A stretch of DNA of 64,000 bases, taken from assembly GCA_036172245.1 (NCBI GenBank), contig JAYWIR010000019.1, positions 1,054,001 to 1,118,000 of the forward strand. Direction: 5' to 3'. This DNA comes from Raillietiella orientalis. Lineage: Eukaryota. The notes under the pieces were generated by a model. The model saw only the letters and a list, made by a program, of their open reading frames with translations. It did not search any database and had not been told where the DNA came from. The position numbers were made by a program, and so were the translations under genes. Numbering within the stretch: position 1 is the first letter of the stretch; each line of letters starts with the position of its first letter. Positions 52,556 through 64,000 of the stretch are shown one piece after another.

Positions 52556-55500
52556 TAATGCAACAAACTTTTGCTGGCTTTTTTGCTTTTGTAATATGAA
52601 ATTGATTTCATATTTTGGCTTTTATAAATATTTTAGCAATATTTTGAATTTTTTTTTGCCTATTCTGTTCAGTAGTTTGTAATACTTTAGATTCATAGTT
52701 ATTCAAACATTGAAACCATGTAGAAATTTTCATCTTCATGCTGCAGCATTCTTATAGCAACTCACTATAAAAGCCAAGGTAACCACTCATAGGCAGATGA
52801 ACTGAATATCCGTAACCACACTAGAAATAAAAAAAAGGAAAACTTAAGAATAGATAGGATGGCAGGATACATGCTTCATTTCTAGTGAGTGCATGACAAG
52901 CATCCTAAATCCAAAGTATTCTAAAAGTAATCAGTCAATTTGAAGCCTGGAGCACTTTTGTAAGATACATTTTGAAATGAGTTCAAGTTTAACACAATCC
53001 ACGAGAATAAGCCAAGCAAAACAGAGATAAGTAAAACGAGTCAAATAGAACACTTGCACTTGAACACTTCAAGTCTTGAACGAAATTTCCTATTAAATGG
53101 TGTGGTACAACTTGTATACTCCAATTTATATGGACAATTTTTAAATCAAAGCCATTCACATTCGCTTCATCCATTTGGTATTAGTGCCCACCACGGATAA
53201 TGCATGTTTTTAACGTAATCAACAGTAATTGCACTTAATGAGGAGCACAGAGTCTTCTCGATTTTCTTTGTATTATGGTATAAAGATTTCACAATCTTTA
53301 CTTATTAGGGTATTGATTTTAAAAGTCAAAGCTCATGTTTCTTGTTGGAACATATGCCAGTAAATTTAAAAATGACAGTAATACAAAAGAGTTTATTGCC
53401 GGTGTTCACTAATCCAGCCTTGGGCATAAGACGCTCCATTAGCTGTTGTTTGAGCTTATAAGTAATCAAAAACTACATCTAATGCCAAATTTGATGCTAT
53501 TAATTTATTTCCAGTAATTTCCCATTGATGTTGCTTTTGCGATTGCCGATTGCAATGGAGTTTGGCTCCTTTGCTTAGTAATGGAGCTCTTCTGCTACCC
53601 AAGGAGCCATTCTAAGTTCTATCGCCTCTGCAGCCGTGTGGGCTCAGTGCATTTACCTCATTTTCAGAAATCCCTGTAACTTGGGTTTGTTTGAAAGCTT
53701 TCAACACGCGTTGTGTTTTAAAGGGAAAAACTTGTCTGTTTTAAAAATCCTTGTAAGATGTGTCGAGGCGTTTTAACGGACGATTTCTTATTGTAAAGCA
53801 ACGGTGCGTTTTACTTTGCACTGTTCTTTCATTATTCCTTCACCACATGCAGTCTCATCCTCCCAGATAACACAAGAACCGTAATTGCTATAATTGCCAA
53901 TAGCAGGATGAACCGACCGCCTCAAGATCTCAACCCTTTCCCCCCCAGTGCATCCTCCCGTGCGGGTAACGACTCATCACGCCGTAGCGACAGTTAATCC
54001 TTACAGTGTAATTGCAACAGTTTCCAAGTAATTCACAGTTAAATCCGATTTCAATGCATTTTCATTGTATCCACATATCGAAACTTAACATCTTGTGGTT
54101 CGTTTTCTTATTGGACTTCTAATGGGGTAGTTATCCCTTTACAGACCGCTGGAGGAGCCTTTTTGTTTCATGTCCAATGCAGAAAGAAAGAGACAAATCA
54201 TTTTTTTCTCAAAAGGTGGGTATTCCTAATGCTACACATAGGTTAAGGTTGATAACGTTATCTGCCGCATGAGGAAAAGCTGACATCTTCAGTACAGATG
54301 TTCACAAATCTGTCCATATTGAATGTCTCGTTCTCGGTTCTCAAAAACAGCACGAGGAGACTTTTTGTTCCATTCTTTTAAAACCAAGTGACGAAGAGTA
54401 TACTCGTCACGTGTAGACAAGGGAAAATCATTCCGAAGTTTCAGTATGGTACGTTCAAGGTTTACTCCCGCAAGTAGAATCTGTTTGTGCAGAGGAGACT
54501 GTGCAAATAATTTTATTGCGACTGGCAAGCAAATCACAATGGTGATTCAAAAGTTTGCGTATCTGCATTTGCTTTCACCCTTGCGTAGCTACTAATGTGA
54601 AATCAGAGGCACTTTCCCCATGTGATCCACAGATCAGGAAAACGGATCCCTTCCTTGGCTTTGCCCACTTCGCATTACCGATCCAAACGTTGTTTTCCTC
54701 TTTCCAAAAATCATGAGCAGATGCAGTGAAAATGAACTATTTACTAAAATCGAGTCTTACAAAAATACTTTTGAATTTGAACTTTATTGCTTTCACTAAA
54801 AGTAGTCATAACCATTTTTAGGTTATGATGTTTTTTTCAGATTACTGAACCTCTTTTTCAAAGCTTGGATCGATTTCTGTTGAAAACAAATGGAATTATT
54901 TGTGTTTTCACCGGATTTACAGACGTGTAAAAATTGCTTCCATTCATCCGGAACAAGCGAACAGTAGTATGTGCTAATGCATTAGATTCAATTCTGTTCT
55001 ATTCTTAGAGCTCAATTCCAATGAAAACTGATGCGAAAAACAACTAATGGCAAAGTCATTCAGAAATTATTGTACAATAATGTTTTTTTAATAAAAGCTA
55101 CATATTTCTTTTGTAAAGAGGTCGCTTCACCAGTAAGCCAAGAGCTTATAAAAGATCTGTCTTTTAGGTCATCGGATTATAATTTTTTTCAATTTCTAAC
55201 CCTTTTAACTTTAACAGTTTCCATCAGTCCCATTCTTTAGTGCAAAGTTAATCACAAGAAAGCAGTCTTTACTACAAAATCAATAATCAGATCTACTTTT
55301 GTCATAATCGCCCTTCTTCAATGTTCTTTTATTTACTTTCCTTTCACAAGGAAAATGTTCATTGCATAACTGTCATATGCAAGAAGAAAACAAAGATTAT
55401 TCTCTAATTTACGGATAGCATATAGATGATTTCTTTTGGGAATCTAATTCCCCCTCCCCTTTTGTTAATGTTTATTGCTATATTTGAGTACCCTGAAATG

Positions 55501-58500
55501 TATTAGTGACATGTTTACATTGTCTCGACCAACTTAAACTATGGTACGCTATAGGAATGACAAAGAAAATGCTTAAAGAATCCCGAGAAAGACATGAAGG
55601 CTTTCAGCTTGCTTCTTTAGAAATAACTTATACATCTAAAATTCAGCAGTTTATCAAACATAACCCTGGTAACTGTTCATTACTTCATGGATGTAAAACT
55701 GGAGTCCTGATAATCTCCTTTCATTTGGGAGTCTTGGATTTTGGCAAAAAACAAATCCGATAATGAAGATGTGCATCTTAGTTTCCTTTCCACATGCATT
55801 CGATATATTGTTCAATTTAGAATAAAAATTATAAATTTTTTTCGATCCTTTTAAAGTTTTGCTAAGATTTCAATAAGAAATGCTTCCATATCTCTTCGGT
55901 AGATGCTATATTTGAATGCTTCAATTGCTATATGTGATGGTTTTTAGATTATATGATTTGAAATTTCGTTAGACTGAAAAAATAACTACCACAATGGTCA
56001 TAACTGTCTTCGTATAACAAAACAAAGCAAATTTTCTGCTTGAAATTCATCATAATTATTTAAAGTTAAGCTGTTTTTTATTTATTAAATGCACTTAAAG
56101 AAAAATGCTACCATTTTAGTGAAGTCGAGAAATCGATGAAGATTATTTAAATATTCACATTACAAACCTGAAAGCTAACGCAAATAAAATGAAAGTTCTT
56201 TTCATTGCAATAAGAGAATCGCACTACTATGTAAAGAATGAATTCTGATCGAATATCTTAATGAGTATCCTTTTATGTCTATGATAGCTATCAATTAATA
56301 TAACCAAGAAATGGAGGTTTTCTGCTTATAGTATATTTTACTTTTAAAATCATGAATTCCTATCCTTTTATTTAGTGACTGTATGAAAATATTTTTGAGT
56401 ATTTTCCATTGTTTCGAACAAAGATCCTGCTGAGGTTATTTTCTGTGTCTATTTTCATTTCCTTCCCATTTTGTAATAACTCCCTTTCCACAGTGTAGCA
56501 TTTATATTAAAGTAAGAATGAATGATATAGACGTCCATCTAATACCTCTGGAACATATTCATTTCTTCGGAAATATATTTATATCTATATATTTTTGTAT
56601 TTGATTAAGAAATAGAACCAAAATTCAAATGTTAATCTGGCAATTCCTGAATTTTGAAAAAGGTTCCCATGTGCGGTTTACCTTGCGAGGGTTCGGCTCA
56701 CTCGGGTGGAAAACCTTGCGAGGGTTCGAGCTGGTGCATTTGTGGTCTTGTCAATAGTATTGTGACTTGGAAGACAAGATAAGTGAATGTGGGAAAATAT
56801 CACGAGATCCTACGTAGTCCCTGTGCGAAACCTGATCGGAAAAGTTTTTAATTAGACGTTCGTATGGTGTCAAGAGCCGCATTTGTTGTTTTGCAGTGTA
56901 TATTTGGGGATTTTGGTGTTTGTGAGAATGATCACAAAAAAAGTACTTATACCCTTATTACGTAAGTTGTACACGTTGCACAGTTTTGCATGATGTGTTC
57001 TCAGATGTGCTGATAATAGTTTGAATGCAAATATATGGGAGCTTCCGGGAAATCGGTCATTCCTTAGTGTATAATCCCAACTATGAAGTCGATTGTCAGT
57101 CATCACTTTGTAACGCTGTAGAGGTTAAAATTAGGTCTACTTCTCATGAGGATTCCAAATGCTTTCAGAGTTCAGTACGTTGGAGAACGAAAAATTCAAA
57201 TAGTAAATAATAAGCTGCTTAGGGAGTTTAGCTGCAGTAAAAATTTTGCTAAAAGTTGAGAGTGTTGCGCCTATGGATATTTATTTAACTTTTTCTTATT
57301 AACAAAAGACATACACAGACCCAAATACACGCTGATAATTACGAAGTTAGTTACTTAAGAATTTGTCCCAAAAAGGGGTAGTTAAAAATATTGTCCAATC
57401 TTAATGGATTAAAGTATGGATTTACATTTTATAAGTTAGTGAATGCAGCAGCCTAGGTGTTTACATTTGGAATGCGAAATGAATAAGTTTCATGCATACA
57501 AAGGTGAGGATGAAAATTATGTATCCAGTTGCTCATAAATGCATGTGCTGCTTGTTGCTTGTCACAATGCTGTTGGCTGCTGTTGGCTGGAAAGGCACTT
57601 GTCACAGGATTTTCTAAGATTAAATTTCATTTCTGAATGCTAAACTCAAACGCCGAATTAAACACGTGTTAAAGGAAAGGAAGCAAGCAGCTATCTTGGA
57701 GAAGGCACTCTCCAGAACATGTATTGATTGTATTAAAATTTTCTTGTATTTTACCATTTGGTGATCTTTAGCTCCAGTATGTTGGATTACATTGAGTTCA
57801 AGGAAGCATGAAGCCTTCCCCCTCCCCCCATCAATAGTGGACTACTTTTTATTTTGTGCATTTTAAAGTAAATCCCTTTCATTAAATTCCTGTCTCTTCA
57901 GATATTGACGATGGGTGAATAACTGAAATTTAATTCTTAAATTGTACTTTCTGTATTGATCTGGGATGAATTATTTGAATCCACCGTTGTAAATTGTATT
58001 CTCTCCTATGGTCCCATTACAAATTTTCTCAGAGTTTCTAATTTTTCTAAAATTGTTATGCATTTCTGAATTTGTTTTTGTTTTAATTACTTAATCTTTG
58101 GCAATTTTTGGATCTGAATTTCATCGTGTATGTTTGGATTTGTTCCTGGTGTATTGATACTTCGCATTCAAATTCTTTGAAATATTTGTCCATTTTGCTT
58201 ATTACATCTCCGTTATTTTTTGTTTATTTGCAGTGAATCTGTTCTTGTGTGTGTATGTGTTGTTTTCTCAATTGAAAATTGTAGCTTTTATTCAAGGAAT
58301 CTCTGTGCGGAATTTGTGTCACTTTCTGTTGTGTAGTGGGATTTGTTTACATTGCATACTTACATTGCTGATATTTGAAAACTTTTCTTAAAAAGACGCC
58401 ATTGTTGTGAGAATATAAGGGAAAACTAATAAAGTATATAAAACAATCGGAAAATAGGCTAGCAAATTAGTCTACATCTTTGTCAGTATTCATTTATATT

Positions 58501-58506
58501 GTTAAC

Positions 58507-61500
58507 ATGCTTTTTGTCTTAGCCAGGACAGCTGTCTTGAGACTGATTTTTAATTCATGTTGTGTTATCATTCACACTTGGTACACAGTTTCTTGTTTTG
58601 ATTTATTTTGGAAAGTGATTACTCGTTTTGTAGTTCATGTAATTATTTGAGTATGTATATTTTGAGTTCTGTAGGATTGGTGAATCTCTGAGTTCTGAAA
58701 ATGTTTTTGATACCAGAATTGCTTATTTCTAAACATTGTTCTAATTAAAGCATTTCTTATTTTAGGGTGTCGCAATACTAAGTTACCAGCATGTGTTTCT
58801 CAAATCTATGATTTCCCTGGTGTGCAGAACACAGAAAAAAATTATTATTTCACACTAAATTATCAGAATATTAAGAAAAAGTCATGGGTTAAAATAGGTG
58901 TACTTGCCGGTGCACTTGGCATAAGTAGTTTCATAGTATGTGATCAGTCAAACAAGTATTTTGGATTGCTTTCATATCACAAGATGCTCAAAATATAGCT
59001 AAGATTTTGATTTAAGAAAATGCAAGTTTTTCATATTGAATAATACATGTTTTTTGTTTTAATGATATTAAGAAATGTGATGTATTAGTTACTGATTCTG
59101 TTTCCTTAGACTTACAAGTGGCATCATTCAGATTCTGATAACAGGAGTAAACTATATGACTCTTTTGAAAAACATATTTCAAATGAAGAATCTAAACTCA
59201 ATGCAGAAGAAACCAACAAAAGCAAAGGTAAATTTCTTCCTTATGTTGCTGTTTAAAGCTGTTGATAAGAGGATAATTTGCACATGCTGGATATTTGCAA
59301 TGCATATTTTATGCAATTGTATCCGAAGGTACATTAGTGAACATTTTGCTGAGATGATTTGCTTGTAGTAAATCTTGTATCAAGTTTGTTTGCTGAAGTG
59401 AGGTAAACATGCTGATTTGTTTGATAAATTCATATTTTTAGTAACAAAAATGGATGGGCTAGGTTTTCATCTAGAAATCTAGAAACTTGCTTCATCTTCA
59501 ACTTGTATTTTCTTTTTTTCATCCAAAAAATTCATGCTATTTAAAATAAGGATATAGAAATCTTGAAAGTTTTGCAAATGAACTGAAAGTATCATTTGAT
59601 GTAAGGTGCATGTAGATTTATAAGTTCAACTCTGAAAACTTCGTTATGGTATCAGTTTAGTTTTCATTGTCCTGGAGAGCTAGCACCCAAAATTCATAAC
59701 TTCATGATTTATTACATAATGTTTGTTTTCTGCTTTTCTTATATTTTTTATTGGTTTATGTCTGTTTATTATGCATATAGATATGTATTGTATCAAGGTG
59801 TTTTGTTGAAATGTTCATGTGCAGTTTATCCATCATTTAGGTTTTTGATTCTATTATTTGAAAAGCAGTTTTGTTTTTGATGAACCTATAAAGACATTGC
59901 TTTTAATCTTTCATTTTGGGTTATTTGTGCATTGTGAACTATATTCCTTAAAAATATATCATCACATGTTGTTATACTTAAATTTATTTGTGGTACTTGT
60001 CCACATATGAAGTCACACAAAAAATACTGATAAGTTTTTTTAAAAAAAAATTATTATTGCAATGTTTCTAAAAATAGTATGCCATTTGTTTTCTAGTATG
60101 TTTAAATTGTTCTAAGTTTCGAGAAACTGTAATTTATTTACATGTTATATTCACAAGTAAATGGGCACAATAGATAAGTCAAAGAATATGAGGAAGTGGT
60201 TGCCACTGGTTTTTGGTGTACATTAATGTGTATTGTGAAGACTATTTGTTTCATTTACTCTTTCTTGTTTATTGAAGTTTTGATTCTTCCTGTTTTAGAC
60301 AATTTGCATTCAGATCACAACTTGAAATCATCTGGACATGTGCCCTACTTAATTGTTGGATCTGGCACTGCAGCCTTGGCAGCTTCACAGGCTATCAGAG
60401 CAAGAAATCATACAGCAAAGGTGTAGTTAGTTATTTATAATTATTGTAATGTAATATTTGTTTTGATATTTACAAAATATTTGTTTTACAAAAACTTGCA
60501 AAATGATAAAGTGCAGTAAGTAAAGGCTCATAAAATTGTAATATGAAGTACCCTTGAAACCATATTTGTTTGGACTAAAAGTTTTCTTTTTTTAAAAAAA
60601 GCGATTGAGCTGCACATGGCATACGTTAATTTCACTTTATAAAAAGCATATTAAACCTATGTGAAACACATCTTTTGGAAATAATGCTGGTTTCTTTTGG
60701 GGGGTTTCAGTAGTTATGATAGTGGGTGTTTGAGAACTTTGAAAATCACCAATGATTATTCAATTTGTGGCAAGAAAAACCATTATGTTTTATGTTCTTT
60801 GCATATTCAGATTGTGATGATTGGCAATGATCCTCATAAACCATATATGAGACCACCTCTTTCAAAAGAATTATGGTACTCTGATTACTTTGAAGCAGAT
60901 GATTTTAGATTTAAACAGTGGAATGGAAAGGAAAGGAGGTAATTATTAATCTAATCCTTATTATTACATCAGTATTAATACTGTTATTCCAGCATATATT
61001 TTGAGAAAGACAACTATTACTGTTCACTGGAAGACTTAATGATGAAAGAAGATGGAGGAGTGGCTCTCATCAGGAATGAAACTGTAACTCACTTAGATAT
61101 TCAAGGAAGAACCGCGTATCTTGGAAGAGGAGATCAAATAACCTTTGAAAAATGCCTAATTGCTACAGGTTAGTTAAGTTTAAGTTTCATAAAAATTAGC
61201 TTGTTCTTTTTAGGTGGTCACCCAAAACCACTTCCTTGTTTGCAGGATGCACCAAATGAGATATTAGAGAAAGTCACTTATTTTCGTACACTAGAGGACT
61301 TCAAAAAATTAAAATCACTTTCTTCTGAGGCAAAACATGTTCTTGTGGTTGGGGGAGGTTTTCTTGGAAGTGAATTAGCTAATGCTTTCATGTACACAGG
61401 TAATGTGTAAGTATATGGTTGCTTTCTATCATCTTCATTCTAGGCAGAGAAAAAGGTCTCCAGGTTACCCAAGTATGCAAAGAAGGTGGAATAATGGCTA

Positions 61501-62417
61501 AAATATTTCCACATTACCTGAGCTTGTGGGCAACACGACAAATGAAATATAATGGTGTGCAAATTATATCTTCGAGTAGTATTTCTTCCTTAGAGCTAAA
61601 AGATGGTCAACTTTTGGCACGGTTAAACACTAATGAAGAAGTTGAGTGTCCAAATTAGCATTGCGGACTAAATTAAAATTCATTAGCTTATATGTGATCA
61701 CCTTGTGGTTGCTATAGGAATTAAGCCCTCTACAGATTTGGCTAAGCATTCAGGATTAGAAACCGATGAAACACAGGGAGGCATTTTAGCCAATGCTGAA
61801 TTGGAAGTACGCAGTGATGTTTGGGTAGCAGGAGATGTTCTTTCATTTTATAACCCTTATTTCGGTCGCTATCGATCAGAACATCATGATAACGCAGTTG
61901 TATCAGGCCGAACTGCAGGAGAAAATATGACTGGTTCAGGTGATTCCTGTCTTTATTCTAATATGCAATTCCAAATAACATTTAGGCAAACCATATACGC
62001 ACATTCCAATGTTATGGTTTGATCTAAATACAGAAATAAGTTGTGAGGCAGTAGGAAAAGTGGATGCTTCATTGCAGACAGTTGGCTTTTTTGCTAAAGA
62101 TAAGGAAATTGAAACAGAGGTGAGAATGGACCCATACTGCTTCAAATAATGCTTATTTACATGTAGGATGTCAGCACAGAGCCACATGAAGGGTTCAGTA
62201 AAGGTGTTGTATTCTATTTGAAAGATGGACGTATTCTGGGAATTTTACTGTGGAATATATTTAATCAGTTATCTCTAGCCCGCAAGGTAACCCCATCTGA
62301 AAAATGAAAAATGGAACTTCCCCATAATTGTTGCAGATTATTTCCAAGCGGTATACCATTGACGATCTTGATGAATTAGCAAAACTGTTTCACATTTATG
62401 AAACGCAGTCTTCTTAA
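58507..62417 (+). CDS. AIFM1: Apoptosis-inducing factor 1, mitochondrial flavoprotein
   Basis: Exons 58766-58935 (TM segment [14 protein letters not shown]), 59110-59227, 60299-60420, 60811-60938, 60993-61168, 61214-61399, 61444-61640, 61687-61939, 61986-62119, 62167-62286, 62337-62417. Motifs: [93 protein letters not shown]. The start at 58507 ([12 protein letters not shown], presequence-like) is tentative. AATAAA at 62451. Confidence 0.92.
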
Positions 62418-62571
62418 CAGGAACACACAAGAAGGAATAATGAGCAATGTAATAAAGAGTTATTCATGTTATGCCAAACATCCAATCACCAATTTCACCT
62501 AAATGTTATTCTGGATGTTTGTTATTTCAATGTTTTTGATTATTATCAATTTGACACGTATTATAAAACAA

Positions 62572-63394
62572 TCAGTGCACACCAAGTGTCAAAGGGTTAT
62601 GTCTTGTGGTTCTCAAGCATTCTATATCTACTTCGTTGTTGGGACTGGCAGATATACTCAGTGCTAAGGTACGATCAACATCTATAGTAACATAATTCGG
62701 AGATAGAGCTTCAGCATCATCACATGGTGCTTCTTTCACTAACGTTGGAATTTCTGAATGACTGTTATCGAGATCTAATTCTACATAAGTGACACTTTTC
62801 GCTTTAACTGTTGTCTTATCATTAACACTGGTTAATGAATTTGGGGTTGGATGTGTATCACATAAAGGTAATACCTTATTATTTTGTCCATCAGCAATGA
62901 TGTCAACACACATTAGTCTTTCTTCTGCCATGTATGATTCATCGTGATCTAGACTTGTATAACAATCTGTTTTGAGTAAATTGCACAAGGAGGAAATATC
63001 CTGACACTTTGATATAACACAATTTTCGTACAATCCCAAAGTATTATTTGGTGTAGATTGTGAGCTGAGTCCATAAGTCTGTTGCTTTGAAGGAACGCAA
63101 GATGCTATACAAGGAAGGGCGCTAAATCCTTTGTGAGAGTCACAACTGCTTGAATATACACTATGCTCATTCACAGATGATGGCATTCTTGCAAACAGAT
63201 CATTTTCCCCAGAAGAGAGCCTGGAATTTCTCATCTCCTTTTGACTAAGTTCATGAAGACTTTGCTTATGTATATGTTTTTGAAGAGTATTGAAAAGATT
63301 TTCGGCCTTGTGATACCTAAACACATATATTCCTGGACCTGTTGGACATCTGCGTCCAAGCTCAAAACTGAACAAGCGCTTCTCAAATCCATAT
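62572..63394 (-). CDS. FRS2: FRS2/FRS3-like FGF receptor substrate (IRS-type PTB adaptor), terminal exon; 5' exons not found, probably beyond the window
   Basis: Acceptor ttccag ends at 63395. PTB C-half RYGFEKRLFSFELGRRCPTGPGIYVF...AENLFNTLQ; C-terminal VTYVELDL, NYVTIDVDRTLALS and RTTRHN resemble FRS2 LNYIQVDL, LYAVIDIERTAAMS and RKTRHN. Confidence 0.85.
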
Positions 63395-64000
63395 CTGGAA
63401 GTGCTTGAATTAGTGCTACATGTAATCAGCAGCATATTTTGTACTCCCTAATTATTCATTTATTAAAACCAAACTAATAAACTATATTTGTAGATAAATT
63501 CAAACTTAACCATATACTCAAGAGCCATCAAATGTCCAAACAAGCTTCATGCAGCAGATGCATCAAAAGTTTTGCAGCACAAGTGTAGCAAACAGACAAA
63601 AAATTAAATGTTATGCTAAAAATCCTCACCAAGTCTTATGCTGCTGTTCAAATTTTCAACATGTTTCAGGCCAATAACACAATTTTTGCAAGTCACTTGA
63701 GAATTTTTTCACATGTAATGTAGGAAAAGATAATCATGTATAACAAAATGAAATCTAAGTTTATGTATCTTCAATGAGTGATGCATGCTTCATTTCAATA
63801 CTTGGGATGTAACTTCAGGATGTACAAGGCAAAATGATATGGCGAGAATATTATTTTGTAGCATTTAATTATATATCAAAATTAGTTTCATAGAAACATG
63901 CTTCAATTTATGAATTCTGTAAGCGTACAGATTACATAAGTACACTACCTAGTATTCTAGGGATGGTAAAAGTTTGTTTTGCCAACAGTCAAATATCCAA

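Noticed and set aside
56680..56728. Direct repeat with spacer as a CRISPR array or tRNA
   Set aside because: Only two 16-nt copies with a 17-nt spacer, eukaryotic context and no cas genes; no cloverleaf can be built.
56768..56790. TGGAAGAC start resembling miR-7
   Set aside because: Only the first 8 nt match; the rest of the mature sequence differs.
63500..64000. Upstream FRS2 exon
   Set aside because: No frame encodes the expected N-terminal half of the PTB domain with a phase-2 donor; it probably lies beyond the window.

Overview
This is eukaryotic, intron-containing DNA from a compact invertebrate genome, most consistent with an arthropod; it is not prokaryotic. I can reconstruct seven spliced genes exon by exon and the last exon of an eighth: a cyclase/kynurenine-formamidase-family hydrolase with a signal peptide (+), Nup50 (+), LIN9/Mip130 (-), a Jade/rhinoceros PHD protein (-), listerin LTN1 (+), FAM162 (+), AIFM1 (+), and an FRS2-like adaptor (-, partial). 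Many introns are only 41-55 nt. Base composition is a sharp mosaic of GC/CpG-rich blocks and AT-rich, CpG-poor housekeeping genes. The block at ~14.8-26.5 kb holds no intact long ORF but contains frameshifted remnants of an ankyrin-repeat gene and of a secreted protein with tandem somatomedin-B-like domains. The best lead is an apparent dicistronic/operon-like unit: FAM162 starts 133 nt after the LTN1 stop codon, behind a strong U-tract/3' splice acceptor, with no poly(A) signal or promoter room in between. Other leads are an FG-less Nup50, an AIF lacking most of its regulatory C-loop, and an unexplained structured repeat at ~56.7 kb. All identifications rest on recalled family motifs; no database search was run.
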